A DNA stretch of 64,000 nt from Candidatus Poribacteria bacterium (GTDB taxonomy: Bacteria; Poribacteria; WGA-4E; WGA-3G), in the NCBI GenBank assembly GCA_965205025.1, contig CBDBFU010000033.1, positions 45,674 through 109,673 on the forward strand. The letters run 5' to 3'. Below are positions 28,832 through 41,280 of this stretch, piece by piece; the stretch's first letter is position 1; each line of letters begins with the position of its first letter. The translations under genes were made by a program, and so were the position numbers. The notes beneath the pieces were generated by a model. It made no database searches. It saw nothing but the letters and a program-made list of their open reading frames with translations, and was not told the origin of the DNA.

Positions 28832-31800
28832 ATGATAGATAATATTGACTGGAATAAACTAAAACCGTATAAAGATTCCAAAAATCATAGTTTTGAAGAA
28901 TTATGCTATCAAATAGCTAAAGGACGCTATGAAGGAAAAGGAAAATTCACTTCCATAGACGATAGAGGTGGTGGAGACGGAGTCGAATTCTATCTTACAT
29001 TTCCAAACGGAGAACAGTGGGGATGGCAAGCAAAGTTCTATCATTCAAAAGATAGACTAAGTCAAAGTAATCGGAAAAAATCTATTACAGATTCTTTTCA
29101 AAGAGCATGTGAGATACATCCACGTCTAAAAAAATGGGTATTGTGTACAGCAATTAATTTTACACCCAAAGAACAACTTTGGTTTGATTCTACGCTTCAT
29201 GAAATAAAACCAGATATTGAAATTGAGCACTGGGGTGATAGTGATTTTTTAAACTGGTTGAGTGAACCGCATTTTCATGGAATTTACCAATTCTTCTTTG
29301 GAAAACGTCAACTAAATTTGGATTGGTTTGAAACACAGTTTGAAAAGCAGATGGCTGGCGTAAGTGAAAAATTCGATGCTTCCTTGCATACCGAAACTAA
29401 AGTAGATGATGAAATTCACGCGCTTTTGGGGGATAATGCATTTGTACACCAAATCGACAAATGGATTGAAGAACTTGATAGTAAGCTCCCAGATTTAAAG
29501 GAGGAAATTGATGAAATCAGACATCCGATTCCAAATGTAATTGAGTGGGACGAAGAAGAAAAGTCAAAAGTCATTGAGGCTGCTGAATTACTTCAAAAGG
29601 CATTAGAGAATATAGTCGAAAGTTTTGAAAAAGCCAGAAAAATCTTGTGTAAACAGGATTTTGCCACTGCACAGTCCATTGATTGGATAGCTATCTACGG
29701 TCAACTCAACAATGTTTTTGATAATTATAGACAAGTTTCAAGACAATCTGGCATATCACAGATAAAGTATACTGTTGAAGAAGAAAATAAAGAACAATTT
29801 TTACGCAAGGCAAGTCAGATAATTCATGGACCGGATCATTTGGTTGCCAATTTATTAGATAAATTTTTCCCATCTGTAATCTGGAAACTTGGGCTTATCA
29901 ATGAGTCGAATCTAAATATCCTCGGAGATGCTGGAATTGGCAAAACCCATATCGCCTGTAATACTTGTTATGACCGATTAAAAAACGGATTACCCGCGCT
30001 GTTTGTTCGTGGAAGTCAATTTAAGACCGATCAACCAATTGAAACACAGTTACGGACAATTCTTGACATTCCACCAGCCTATAGTTGGAACGATTTTTTA
30101 CAGGCACTATCAGCAGCTGCAGAAGCCTACCATACACGTATTCCATTGATAATAGATGGACTTAATGAATCTGTACATAACGGTACTTTTTCAAATGTAT
30201 GGGAATTAGGACTAAAAGGACTTGCTAAGGAGATTGCAGACAAAAAGAACCTTGTATTAATTACAACATGCCGCAGGAGTTACGAAGAGACTATTTGGAA
30301 AGAGGTCAATCCAAAAGAAGACATCATTCCAGGGAAGGTAATTTGGAAAGATAAGGATTCACTAAATTTAGTTTATGCTTATGGTTTTGATCGATACCAG
30401 GAGGTGGAGCCTGCAGTTGAAAAGTACTTCAACGCCTACAAGATTAAAGCTGATCTTACGGGGGCACCATTAGCACAGTTTGAACATCCTATCTACCTCA
30501 AGATTTTCTGTGAAACAAAAAATCGTGAACGCAAGACTGAGGTACAAGTTTATGTAGGCGAGCAAACGCTTTTTGAAGTTTTTGATGAATATTTGGAGCA
30601 ATGTAACAAAGAAATATGTGATCGTCTGAATCGTCATCCAAAAACACTTATAGTTCAACCCGCTTTGAACAAGATGGCGGCCCACTTGTGGCAAAATAGA
30701 AGCCGTGAGATCCCTTTTGACAAATTAGTACATATTGTAGACGGTCAATCCCGCCAACATCTGGACTGGCAATCATCAAAGACGTGTGCTATGGAAAGTG
30801 AAGGGTTGTTAGTCTATCGAGATTGGACAGGCGTTGGTGAAGTGATGCATTTTACCTATGACCTATTCGGTGGGTATCTGATTGCAAAATATTTGGTTGA
30901 ACAAGCTGCTGATGATCCACAAGGTTTCTTATGCCGTGAGGAAATAGAGGCAGTACTGTTTGGCAAAGACCGTCAAATATTACATCCTATGCACGAAGAT
31001 ATAGTTAGATGTCTTGCTGCATTTCTTCCATCCGCAACAGGCCATTTTCTGCACGAACTTTCAGATCATAACAAGGCAATTAGTTTATCAATTCATTCTT
31101 TGTTTGAAATTTCCCCAAAAGATATAAACGAAGAATGTATTGACCTAATCACCCACCTTTTTGGGTTTCCTGAAAACCGTGAATCGTTCTTTAAATTAGC
31201 AGAAACTACCATTGGACATCCCAATCATCCCTTCAACGCCCAATTCTGGACAGAACGACTTACGGCATTATCTATGTCAGAACGAGACCTAAGTTGGACT
31301 GAATATGTGAGCTATAACCGTTATGATTTTGAAGATATACTCAAGCATTTTGAGGAAAATTGTCGAGGCGAACAAGAACTATCTGATTTTAGTAGGGAAC
31401 GTCTACATCTATTGGCAGAACACATTATGTGGATACTTACATCCACTGTGCGTCCATTACGGGACATAGCAACACGCGCACTTTACTGGTATGGACGACG
31501 TTTCCCAAATGAGTTTATTGATTTACTCATGAAATCTTTAACAATCAATGATCCTTATGTATCTGAACGGATGTTGGCTGCAACTTACGGAATTACTATG
31601 GCTCGTCAAAACGACTTCGATGATACCAGTTTCGTAGATGAGATGTTACCTAAATATGGAAAACAATTGTATGAAAATATGTTCAAACCTAACGCTCTAC
31701 ATGCAACAACACACATATTAGCACGTGATTATGCAAAAAGAACGATTGAAATTGCTTTGATTCATTATCCAGACCTACTAAGGGACGACGAAAAGGTACG

Positions 31801-33027
31801 TATAGAAGCACCTTATACAGATGGTGGAATTCGTGAATGGGAAGAGAATGAAGTCGATGATAACATGCACAAAGGTCCATTACGAATGGATTTCCGTAAT
31901 TATACCATTGGTTCTTTGGTTAAAGGTAGAGGAAACTATAATTTTGAACATCCTGAATATAAACGTGTATTGCGTAATATCTCATGGAGGGTACAGGAGT
32001 TAGGATACTCTAAGGAAGCATTTGAGAATATTGATGGAAGAATTGGATCACAGAATCAGCACTTTGGGAGATCTGCAAACGGTGTAAGACAGATAGATAT
32101 GGAAAAAAATATTCATGGATAGCATATTTTGAATATGCTGGTTATTTACAAGATCAAGATCTTTTACCGGAATATTATAATGACCATCGAATTGGTGAGA
32201 CAGATATTGATCCCAGTTTTCCTTCCGAAGTTAAAATGTATGAATTGGTGAAACAAGATTATTTAGGAACTGATATTGAAGATCCTGAAGAATGGGTTAA
32301 TGGAATCCCACCTACAGATTTGCAAGATTATATTACTGTAAATCAGATTTTGGAAGAAGAAGGTCCGTGGATTTTGTTACAAGGTACTTTTAGGCAGGAA
32401 AACGCAGATAACACAAGAAATATGTATGCATTTTTTCAAGGTGTTCTTGCAAAAACTGATGAAGTTGAGAGTATCATTGACTTTATAGAAGAGCATGAGC
32501 AGATTGATAGTTGGCGTATTTCTCCACCAGAAGATTATTACACATTTGCTGGTGAGATACCATGGTGTGATACATATCCTTCAAACAGTTGGGTAGACCT
32601 GTCTATAAGTTGGGATGATGATGAAACTTATGATGCACTAATTCCTAAAATATTGCCTCCTGTTAGGGTAAATAATTGGGAAGATTATCATAGTACTATT
32701 GTTCCAGGACGGAATGTTGCTACACCATCTCGTCAGATTGCTGAATATCTCGACTTATGTGGTGTTCCTCAAAGTTATGATCTTTTTGAAAAAGAGAGTG
32801 GTAAACGCGCGTCACATTCCATTGAATTTGGACAAGGATGGGGAAATGCCCAACGATTTACATATATTCGAAAAGATCTATTAGATCGATATTTAAAGGA
32901 AATGAATGAGGAGCTAATTTGGATTATTTATGGAGATAAACGGGAATTAACACCAAATGCCGATGGACCTTATAAATTATTCCATAATTTTATAGTATAT
33001 CAGTGTAAGCATAAGGATGATGAATAA
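28832..33027 (+). CDS. Avs2-like antiviral STAND NTPase with N-terminal PD-(D/E)xK (Mrr-like) nuclease; 1-nt frameshift near 32084
   Basis: FEELCYQI...GGGDGVEFY...WGWQAKFY (nuclease), Walker A GDAGIGKT and Walker B LIIDGLNE. Avs2-like C-terminal motifs are LRDIATRAL, NDPYVSERMLAA and HILARDYA. Adding one G restores KTDRYGKKYSWIAY and joins ORF 32236 (~1398 aa). Confidence 0.75.
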
Positions 33028-34288
33028 CATGTATAATGCGAGAGGTTGGAAGAATGTCCAATTAGAATCAATAGCCGATATCCGAGCAGGTTCAGGTTTT
33101 CCTATTAAATACCAAGGTAATACACATGGAAAATATCCATTTTACAAAGTTTCAGATATGAATCTAACTGGTAATGAAACTATAATGTCATTATCCAATA
33201 ATTGGGTTGATGAAAATACAGTTATAACGCTTAAAGCAAAATTATTTCCCAAAAATACAGTTATATTTCCTAAGGTCGGTGCTGCAGTTCACACGAATAA
33301 AAAGCGAATGTTATCAATTGAAGGATTAGTGGATAACAATGTGATGGGAGTAATAATTCGAAACTATAAAGTATGTATTCCTTATTACTTACTTTATTGG
33401 TTTGAATTTATTGATTTAGGCGATCTTTCTAATCCAGGAACTCTACCAGCAATTACAGCTAGAACGGTGAAAAATACTACAATCCCCCTCCCCCCACTCC
33501 CAGAACAACGCGCCATAGCTCACATCCTACAGACAATCCAACAAGCAAAATTCACCAGACAACGCGAAATAGAATTAGAACGCGAACGAAAAGCAGCCTT
33601 GATGAATCACCTATTCACACACGGAACAAAAGGTGAACCCCGAAAACAGACAGAAATCGGAGAGATACCTGAGAGTTGGGAGGTTGTTAAATTGGGCGAT
33701 AAAGCAGAATTGAGGAATGGAATTAACTTTAAGAAAGAGCAAAAGGGTCAAGGAATATTAACTGTAGATGTTTTAAATATGTACAACGACAGTTTATATT
33801 TTGATAAAGAGAATTTATACAGAGTAGAACGAAAAATGAAGGATAGTGATTTCCTTAAACCGAAAGATATATTATTTGTCCGTTCATCTTTAAAACAAGA
33901 AGGGGTTGCATGGCCAGCATTGTTTGGACAACATGATGAACCTATAACTTTTTGTGGTTTCTTAATACGTGCAAGATTAACATCAGAAGAAATTGACCCA
34001 GAATTTTTAACACACTATTTCCGCACAAATTATGCTCGTAAGTTTCTGGTGTCAAAATCAGCAAGGTTAGCAATTACTAACGTCAGTCAGGCTATTTTAA
34101 ACAGTTGTCCTATTGTTATACCAAGTTATTCAGAACAGCGACAGATTGCCAATATAATCAATTCTGTTGACAATAAGATATTTGCCCTTGAAAAAGAAGT
34201 AGAACATATAGACGAACTATTCCACACCATGCTTGAAGAATTGATGACTGGAAAACGATCCGCAATTCCACTCATAGACCATTTATAA
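33017..34288 (+). CDS. hsdS: Type I restriction-modification specificity subunit
   Basis: Two TRDs, PLPPLPEQRAIA, the central KQTEIGEIPESW and C-terminal EQRQIA...ELMTGK. Confidence 0.93.
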   Translation: MMNNMYNARGWKNVQLESIADIRAGSGFPIKYQGNTHGKYPFYKVSDMNLTGNETIMSLSNNWVDENTVITLKAKLFPKNTVIFPKVGAAVHTNKKRMLSIEGLVDNNVMGVIIRNYKVCIPYYLLYWFEFIDLGDLSNPGTLPAITARTVKNTTIPLPPLPEQRAIAHILQTIQQAKFTRQREIELERERKAALMNHLFTHGTKGEPRKQTEIGEIPESWEVVKLGDKAELRNGINFKKEQKGQGILTVDVLNMYNDSLYFDKENLYRVERKMKDSDFLKPKDILFVRSSLKQEGVAWPALFGQHDEPITFCGFLIRARLTSEEIDPEFLTHYFRTNYARKFLVSKSARLAITNVSQAILNSCPIVIPSYSEQRQIANIINSVDNKIFALEKEVEHIDELFHTMLEELMTGKRSAIPLIDHL

Positions 34289-34292
34289 CCTC

Positions 34293-34826
34293 AACCATAT
34301 TTCCCAATACACATTTTCTACATACTCCTGTTTTCACAATTGTAAAAATAAAATGAAGAAAAACTGGTAATAGATACACAGATACGTTACAATAATAATT
34401 AGCAAAAGTTATGCTGTGATAAAATACAAGGAAAATTACTCCTATATCTTTATAACAAAAATAAAAAAGTTGCTATCTGATGGAATACCCACAAACTCCG
34501 TCCGTTGGTTCATAATCTACAAAATAGGATAAACCATGTTTGAATTACGACTGAAACCTTAACCATATTTCCCAATACACATTTTCTACATACTCCTGTT
34601 TTCACAATTGTAAAATAAAATGAAGAAAAAGTAGCAATAGATACACAAATACGTTACAATAATCATTAGCAAAAGTTATGCTATGATAAAATACAAGGAA
34701 AATTACACCTATATTTGAAAACAAAAATAAAAAAGTTGCTATCTGATGGAATACCCATAAACTCCGTCCATTGGTTCAAAATCTACAAAATAGGAAAATC
34801 CATGTTAGAATTACGACTAAAACCTT
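34293..34826. repeat. Head-to-tail tandem duplication of a ~268-bp non-coding AT-rich unit
   Basis: Copies 34293-34560 and 34561-34826 both start AACCATATTTCCCAATACAC and end AAACCTT, with scattered substitutions. Confidence 0.9.
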
Positions 34827-35577
34827 CAGCATTATCAGTTTTTGAAAATCGTCCGCTAAACATTCATACGCATAGTCTAAAAAAGCAAGTACAGAGGATT
34901 ATCAAATCGAATTACCCCACATATTTTTTTAGTTTTTCAAATTTTGAAATTTTGCACCGATTCATCAAATCCTTTGTTATCCCAATCCCCAACAGGGTTT
35001 TCGGCACATCAAAACGTAATTTCTCAAAAAGCGACTAAAAAAACTTGAAAAACTAAAAAAACTTGAAAAACTAAAAATTAGACAGACGACAAACAATCCA
35101 AATCAATGGAATAGAGGAAAAGTAAAAGACACAAAAATCAACCCCACTCTTAATTGGTGCAAATTCTCGTTACCGTAAAAAAGTGGCTGTAAACCCAGTG
35201 TAGGACTAACGGGATAAAGGTTTTACCAATGTCACACCATGTGACAAAAAGTGTAACTTTTATACACATTATAGGAATAATTATATAACGAACAAGTAAA
35301 ATAAAAAGGTGTAAATTTACAAAATAATCACCCTTGATCCATTATAAAAACAATTTTTGGAAGATACATGCAATAGAAATTGTAGCACAAACTGTTAGTT
35401 TGTGCATTGTTAGACGCAAACTAAATGAAGATTAAGTAAATATTTCGGTAACTTTATATCTGTTCAAGACTTGGTAGGTGCGGTTTTCAACCACGGGGAA
35501 TGCTAAATAGCATTCATACCCGGGGAATGACTAAATGTCATTCATACCGTTGATTCCTTGATTCGAATTTCTCAGCA

Positions 35578-36213
35578 ATGAAAAATAAACAAATGGAATA
35601 TGTTGTAATATATGAAAAGGGTGAAAGCAGTTATGGTGCTTATGTTCCCGATCTCCCCGGGTGCATAGCCGTAGGTGAGACGTTAGAAGAAACCCAAACA
35701 TTAATCCAAGAAGCTATCGAATTTCATATAGAAGGATTACAAGAAGATGGTGACGATGTACCGCAACCGTCTTTAAATATCTCTGTCCAGTATGATATTC
35801 CATATCTTGGAATACACAAAGTTGTCGAAAACTATGTATATAATGACGATCCTGCTCTCTTTTCTTGTAAAGATTCTGCAGGGCATCTTTACCTTATTAC
35901 CGTCGGTAAAAACGACAAACAAAAAACCTGGCTCCGTGTTGGAATCTCCAATGAACGTTTTAATCTCATACGATCTGGTGGAATAGACCTTAGGAATGCA
36001 TTCACTGATCCTGAGAATGGCACTCTTTTTCAGGTATGTGTTCCACATGATGATTCAATAGATCCATCCTTGGAAGTCATCCAGTCCAATCAAATACCCG
36101 ATGGTATATTACCACTGCCGGGAGAACGTCTCGGATTAAAGACCAATACACTGCCAGCACTCAGTAATCCGAAAGAACTTGCAGCCTCTAACAATAGAGA
36201 CATTCTGAATTAA
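35578..36213 (+). CDS. HicB-like antitoxin domain fused to a DUF6575-like domain, probably truncated
   Basis: YGAYVPDLPGCIAVGETLEE...EAIEFHIEG is HicB-like. It is followed by YVYNDDPALFSCK...RFNLIRSGGIDLRNAF. No hicA is adjacent. Confidence 0.7.
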   Translation: MKNKQMEYVVIYEKGESSYGAYVPDLPGCIAVGETLEETQTLIQEAIEFHIEGLQEDGDDVPQPSLNISVQYDIPYLGIHKVVENYVYNDDPALFSCKDSAGHLYLITVGKNDKQKTWLRVGISNERFNLIRSGGIDLRNAFTDPENGTLFQVCVPHDDSIDPSLEVIQSNQIPDGILPLPGERLGLKTNTLPALSNPKELAASNNRDILN

Positions 36214-36501
36214 ACTCCCAACTTTACTGGAGTTTTCAGAAATCGTCTGAAGATAAGAAGGAACAAATTGCAAAATTTAGAATTTTTCAATTTTCAAAAT
36301 ATGGCACATTTAAACACCGATAAACCCTTACAGACACTGACTTTAGACCATATACGAATGCTGAATTTTAAAGTTACACCATGTAACGAAAAGTGTAACT
36401 TTTCTCCTGTTTTGGGCACATATTAGACATTCTTTGGAGAATACCAAACACTGACAATTTTAGATTAGACAGATCTATTCATTTGCACGAAATTAGACTA
36501 A

Positions 36502-39375
36502 ATGATGAGTGAAAACCAAACAGTACAAGAACCTTTAATCCAATACGCTGAACAAATAGAGTGGACACGTTTATCCCGTTCTGAAGCAATGGAATTAAGA
36601 GGGGATACCTCTATCATATATTTCCCGGATGTGTTAAAAACACAATTGTTAAAGCTCAATCCAGATATACTGGATGAATCTAACTTTGAAGAAGTAAGAA
36701 GAAATTTGAGAAACCTAAAACCGACACTTGAGGGAAACCTAACAGCACTTGAATGGATACGCGGAGAAAAATCTGTCTTCGTCCCTAAAGAGAACAGAGA
36801 ACGAAACGTCACACTCATCGATTTTGAATCACGCAAAAACAATACATTCTATGTAACTGAAGAATGGGAACAGAAAGGCGTTGTCCACACAAATCGTGCA
36901 GATGTTGTCTTCCTCATCAACGGCATACCAATTGTTGTTGTAGAAACAAAATCCGCTAACAAGACTGACGGATTGGCAGAAGGGATTGACCAAATACGTA
37001 GATACCATAATGAAACACGAGAACTCTTTACAACCGCACAACTCTTCGGTGTTACACAACTCTTAGATCTTTACTACGGCGTAACATGGAATATAAACCG
37101 AAAGAATCTGTTTAATTGGAAAGCAGATGATCCGTCAAACTTTGAACAGAAGATAAAGACATTTTTTGACCCTGAACGAATACTAAAGGTATTATACAGA
37201 TCTATCATCTTCCAAAAACGAGATGATAAAACAACCAAGATTGTATTACGCCAACATCAAAATCGTGCAGAAGAAAAGGTTATCGAAAGAGTAAAAAATC
37301 CAAATAAAACACGCGGACTCATCTGGCATACACAAGGCAGCGGAAAAACGCTTACAATGATCTCTATTGCATCACGGTTGCTACGCGGTGCAATCCACGA
37401 TGAAAAACCGACTGTCCTTATGGTGGTAGACAGGAATGAACTGGAGAGTCAACTTTTTCATAACATAACTGGATACGGTATCACAAACCTAAAAGTCGCA
37501 CAAAGTAAGGACGATCTTGAGCAGATTCTCTCGTCAGATTACCGCGGATTAATTGTATCCATGATACATAAGTTTGATAGCAGACCCGCGAACCTAAATA
37601 CAAGTACAAACGTAGTTGTTCTTATAGATGAAGCACATCGCACAACAGGTGGTGATTTTGGGAATTACCTGATGGCTGCACTACCAAATGCAACATATAT
37701 CGGATTCACTGGTACACCCATAGACAATATATCCCACGGTGAAGGAACATTTAAGGTATTCGGTATTGACGATGAACAGGGCTATCTTGATAAATACGAT
37801 ATAGCAGAATCAATTGAGGATGGTACAACTGTTCCCCTGAATTATGCTCTCGCACCGTCAAATCTTCAGGTTGATACAGAGACTTTAGAACGTGAATTCA
37901 TGAACCTTGCTCAAGCTGAAGGTGTGAGTGATATTGATGAACTAAATTCCATACTCGATCGTGCTGTTAATCTGAAAGAGATTATGAAAGCACCCAATAG
38001 AGTTGATGCTATTGCAAAATATGTGGCTAAACATTTTCTGGAAAACATTGAACCGATGGGATTTAAAGCATTCCTTGTAGGTGTAGATCGTGAAGCATGT
38101 GCGTTATACAAAAATGCATTGGACAAATATCTCCCACCTGAATATTCTGAGGTGGTATATTCAAAAAACAACAGTGATTCTGAGTTCATGAAATCCTTCC
38201 ATCTAACTGATGAACAGGAAAAGGACATACGTAAGAAGTTCATTGATAAGAACTCACAACCGAAAATCTTGATTGTTACACAGAAATTGCTAACGGGTTT
38301 CGATGCACCAATTCTCTATTGTCTGTATCTGGATAAACCTATGCGAGATCATGTCCTGTTACAGACGATTGCGCGCGTCAATCGTCCCTACGAAGATAAT
38401 GATGGTCTTGTAAAATCTGCCGGTTTTATATTTGATTTTGTCGGTATTCTTGAGAAATTAGGGAAAGCACTGGCATTCGATTCTGACACAGTGGAAGGGG
38501 TTATACAGAATTTAGATGTTCTCAAGGATAAATTTGCAGAAATGATGCATGAAACCGCACAAGAATACCTGCTTTATGCTGAAGGAACAGATGACAAAGC
38601 AAAAGAGGAAGCAATTGAACATTTTACGCTAAAGGATGACCGTGAGAGATTCTTTGAATTCTTCAAACAATTGCAAAATCTATATAACATATTATCACCA
38701 AACCCATTCCTATACGAATATATTGAGGATTTCCGTGCATTAACCAACTTATACGGTTTACTACGCAACGCATTTGCTGAGAATGTCTATGTGGATAAAG
38801 AATTAACCAATAAGACACGAGAACTCCTGCAGACACATACTGAAGGGAGCATGTTTGATTTACCGAATGAAATAACGGAACTCAACGAAGATACAATTAG
38901 AGAATTAAGACAGAGTGATAAATCGGATACAGTCAAGGTGTTAAATCTCATAAAGGTTGTAAGAAAAACAGTAGATGCTGATGCTCAATCTCAACCCTAT
39001 TTAATACCCATAGGAGACCGTGCCGAAGCAACTATAGAATCCTATGAAAATAGACAAACAGAAACACAAGATGTTTTGGAATTATTCTTAAGATATGCTG
39101 AAGAAATCTCACAAGCACATAGACAACAAAACGAACTCGGATTAGATAAAAATTCCTATGCTATCTATAAAGTTCTCAGTACTGAGATTGAGGATGTTAC
39201 AAACGAACAAGCACAGGCGGTCAATCAAGTATTTGAGAATTTCCCTGATTTCGAATGGAGTGCTGAAGAAAAAAGAAAGTTACGGTTGACCTTATATTCG
39301 ACTTTAGGGCCATCATTAAATACAGATAGTAGAATGGAAATAACTGATAAATTGATAAATTTGAAAAGGGTTTGA
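36502..39375 (+). CDS. hsdR: Type I restriction endonuclease subunit
   Basis: RADVVFLINGIPIVVVETK, WHTQGSGKT, DEAHR, GFTGTP, LLTGFDAP and LQTIARVNR. Confidence 0.95.
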   Translation: MMSENQTVQEPLIQYAEQIEWTRLSRSEAMELRGDTSIIYFPDVLKTQLLKLNPDILDESNFEEVRRNLRNLKPTLEGNLTALEWIRGEKSVFVPKENRERNVTLIDFESRKNNTFYVTEEWEQKGVVHTNRADVVFLINGIPIVVVETKSANKTDGLAEGIDQIRRYHNETRELFTTAQLFGVTQLLDLYYGVTWNINRKNLFNWKADDPSNFEQKIKTFFDPERILKVLYRSIIFQKRDDKTTKIVLRQHQNRAEEKVIERVKNPNKTRGLIWHTQGSGKTLTMISIASRLLRGAIHDEKPTVLMVVDRNELESQLFHNITGYGITNLKVAQSKDDLEQILSSDYRGLIVSMIHKFDSRPANLNTSTNVVVLIDEAHRTTGGDFGNYLMAALPNATYIGFTGTPIDNISHGEGTFKVFGIDDEQGYLDKYDIAESIEDGTTVPLNYALAPSNLQVDTETLEREFMNLAQAEGVSDIDELNSILDRAVNLKEIMKAPNRVDAIAKYVAKHFLENIEPMGFKAFLVGVDREACALYKNALDKYLPPEYSEVVYSKNNSDSEFMKSFHLTDEQEKDIRKKFIDKNSQPKILIVTQKLLTGFDAPILYCLYLDKPMRDHVLLQTIARVNRPYEDNDGLVKSAGFIFDFVGILEKLGKALAFDSDTVEGVIQNLDVLKDKFAEMMHETAQEYLLYAEGTDDKAKEEAIEHFTLKDDRERFFEFFKQLQNLYNILSPNPFLYEYIEDFRALTNLYGLLRNAFAENVYVDKELTNKTRELLQTHTEGSMFDLPNEITELNEDTIRELRQSDKSDTVKVLNLIKVVRKTVDADAQSQPYLIPIGDRAEATIESYENRQTETQDVLELFLRYAEEISQAHRQQNELGLDKNSYAIYKVLSTEIEDVTNEQAQAVNQVFENFPDFEWSAEEKRKLRLTLYSTLGPSLNTDSRMEITDKLINLKRV

Positions 39376-39672
39376 CATCACTTTCTTCCTCATGGTAGGT
39401 TCGGTTTCTAACTGCGGGGAATGCCCGGGGAATGCCTAAATGGGCATTCATACCGTTGATTTAAGGCATTCATACCGTTGATTTGAAGCCTCCCCGTTGA
39501 TTTGGTGGTTCAGACAACTCAAAACATACTAACAAATATACTGATCTCACCAAATTGACGCCTATGAGGCGGGATCTCCACGTCCATTGCAACAACATAT
39601 AGAACATAGTATGAACAAAGAACGCTCATAATATATGATTTATGAGAAACCATCTAAAAAGAAAATATCTTA

Positions 39673-41280
39673 ATGAAAAGAACACTACATATTATCACTA
39701 TAGCACTAATTATGACTTTAACCCTTAACACAACCCACATTTTTGCACAAGACTCTCCACAATGGCACCTACCAGAAGGAGCCAAAGCACGACTTGGTAA
39801 AGGATATGTATCTGAAGTTGATTACTCTCCAGATGGTAACCTGCTTGCTGTAACAAGTGGCATCGGTATCTGGATATACGATGCACAGACAGGTGAAGAA
39901 CTTAAACTACTCATAGGGCAAACAGGGTTTTTCTCAAGTGCCTTTTTCAGTCCGGATGGTAATACGTTGGCAAACGTGAGTGGTGATAAGGTACGTCTAT
40001 GGGAAGTAAGTAGTGGTCGTCTCCTACAAACTATCACCGGAAAATTTGGAATTGCAAGTAGTCTCTCCTTCAGACCGGATGGTAGGATACTCACATGGGG
40101 GAGTGAGATTAACAACGTTTATTTATGGGAAGTTAACAGTGGTCATCGCCTACACACACTTGATGGGCAACTGGGAAGAGTTTTTAGTTCCTCTTTCAGT
40201 CCGGATGGGAATATCCTTGCATTGGGAAGTCATGATAAGACGGTTCGTTTATGGGAAGTGAGTACTGGTCGTCTTCTACACACTCTCTCAGCACATACGG
40301 CTTCGGTCTTTTCTGTCTCCTTCAGTCCGGTTTGTGGGATGTGAGCACTGGACGTATTCACCGAACGCTCAAAGGACATACTTCGTATGTCAATAGTGTC
40401 TCCTTCAGTCCGGATGGTAGTATACTTGTATCTGGGAGTATGGATAACATTATCCGTTTGTGGGATGTGAGTAAAGGTAGTCTTCACAGCACATTCACAG
40501 GACATACAGATATAATCAAAAGTGTTTCCTTCAGTCCAGATGGTAGTATACTTGCATTGGGAGGAAGTAACGATGACACGATACGTTTGTTAGAAGTGAG
40601 TAGTGGTCGTCTCCAGCACACGCTCAGAGGGCATACGGAAATAATCATCGAGAGTGTATCCTTTAGTCCAGATGGAAGAAAGCTGGCATCTGGGAGTTTG
40701 GATAAGACGGTTCGTTTGTGGGATGTGAATAGTAGTAAACTCCTACACACACTGACAGGACATACGGATAGAGTCAATAGTGTCTCCTTCAGTCCAGATG
40801 GTAATACATTGGCATCAGGGAGTGATGATGGCTCAGTTCGTTTATGGGATGTGGATAGTGGAGGCACACTGCAGACGCTCACAGGGCATACGAATTGGGT
40901 CAATAGCGTCTCCTTCAGTCCAGATGGTAATACATTGGCATCAGGGAGTGATGATGACTCGGTTCGTTTGTGGGATGTGGAGTGGTCATCAGGTTGGCAT
41001 ATTCACAGAACATACTGATAGGGTCAATAGTGTCTCCTTCAGTCCGGATGGTAGAAAGTTGGCATCGGGGAGTTGGGATAATACGGTTCGATTGTGGGAT
41101 GTGGGAAGTGGTGATCTCCTGCAGACACTCACAGGACATACGAATTTAGTCAATAGTGTCTCCTTCAGTCCAGATGGTAATACGTTGGCATCAGGGAGTA
41201 GTGATGGTTCGATACTTTTATGGGAACTACCATCAACCTCTACAAATTCAACAGGTTCAAACGGTGAAAATTCACAGTAA
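39673..41280 (+). pseudogene. Secreted WD40-repeat protein, disrupted
   Basis: Signal peptide, QWHLPEGAKARLGKG and ~11 GHT...[20 protein letters not shown] repeats at 126-nt period. There is a 43-nt deletion at ~40330 and a 2-nt deletion at ~40980. Confidence 0.85.

Noticed and set aside
33017-34826. Phase-variable (shufflon-type) hsdS locus
   Set aside because: There is only one hsdS, no silent TRD copies and no invertase. The downstream tandem repeat is unrelated to hsdS sequence.
34715-35038. 107-aa ORF
   Set aside because: It starts inside the tandem repeat, the other copy has stops in the equivalent frame, and it runs through inverted-repeat DNA.
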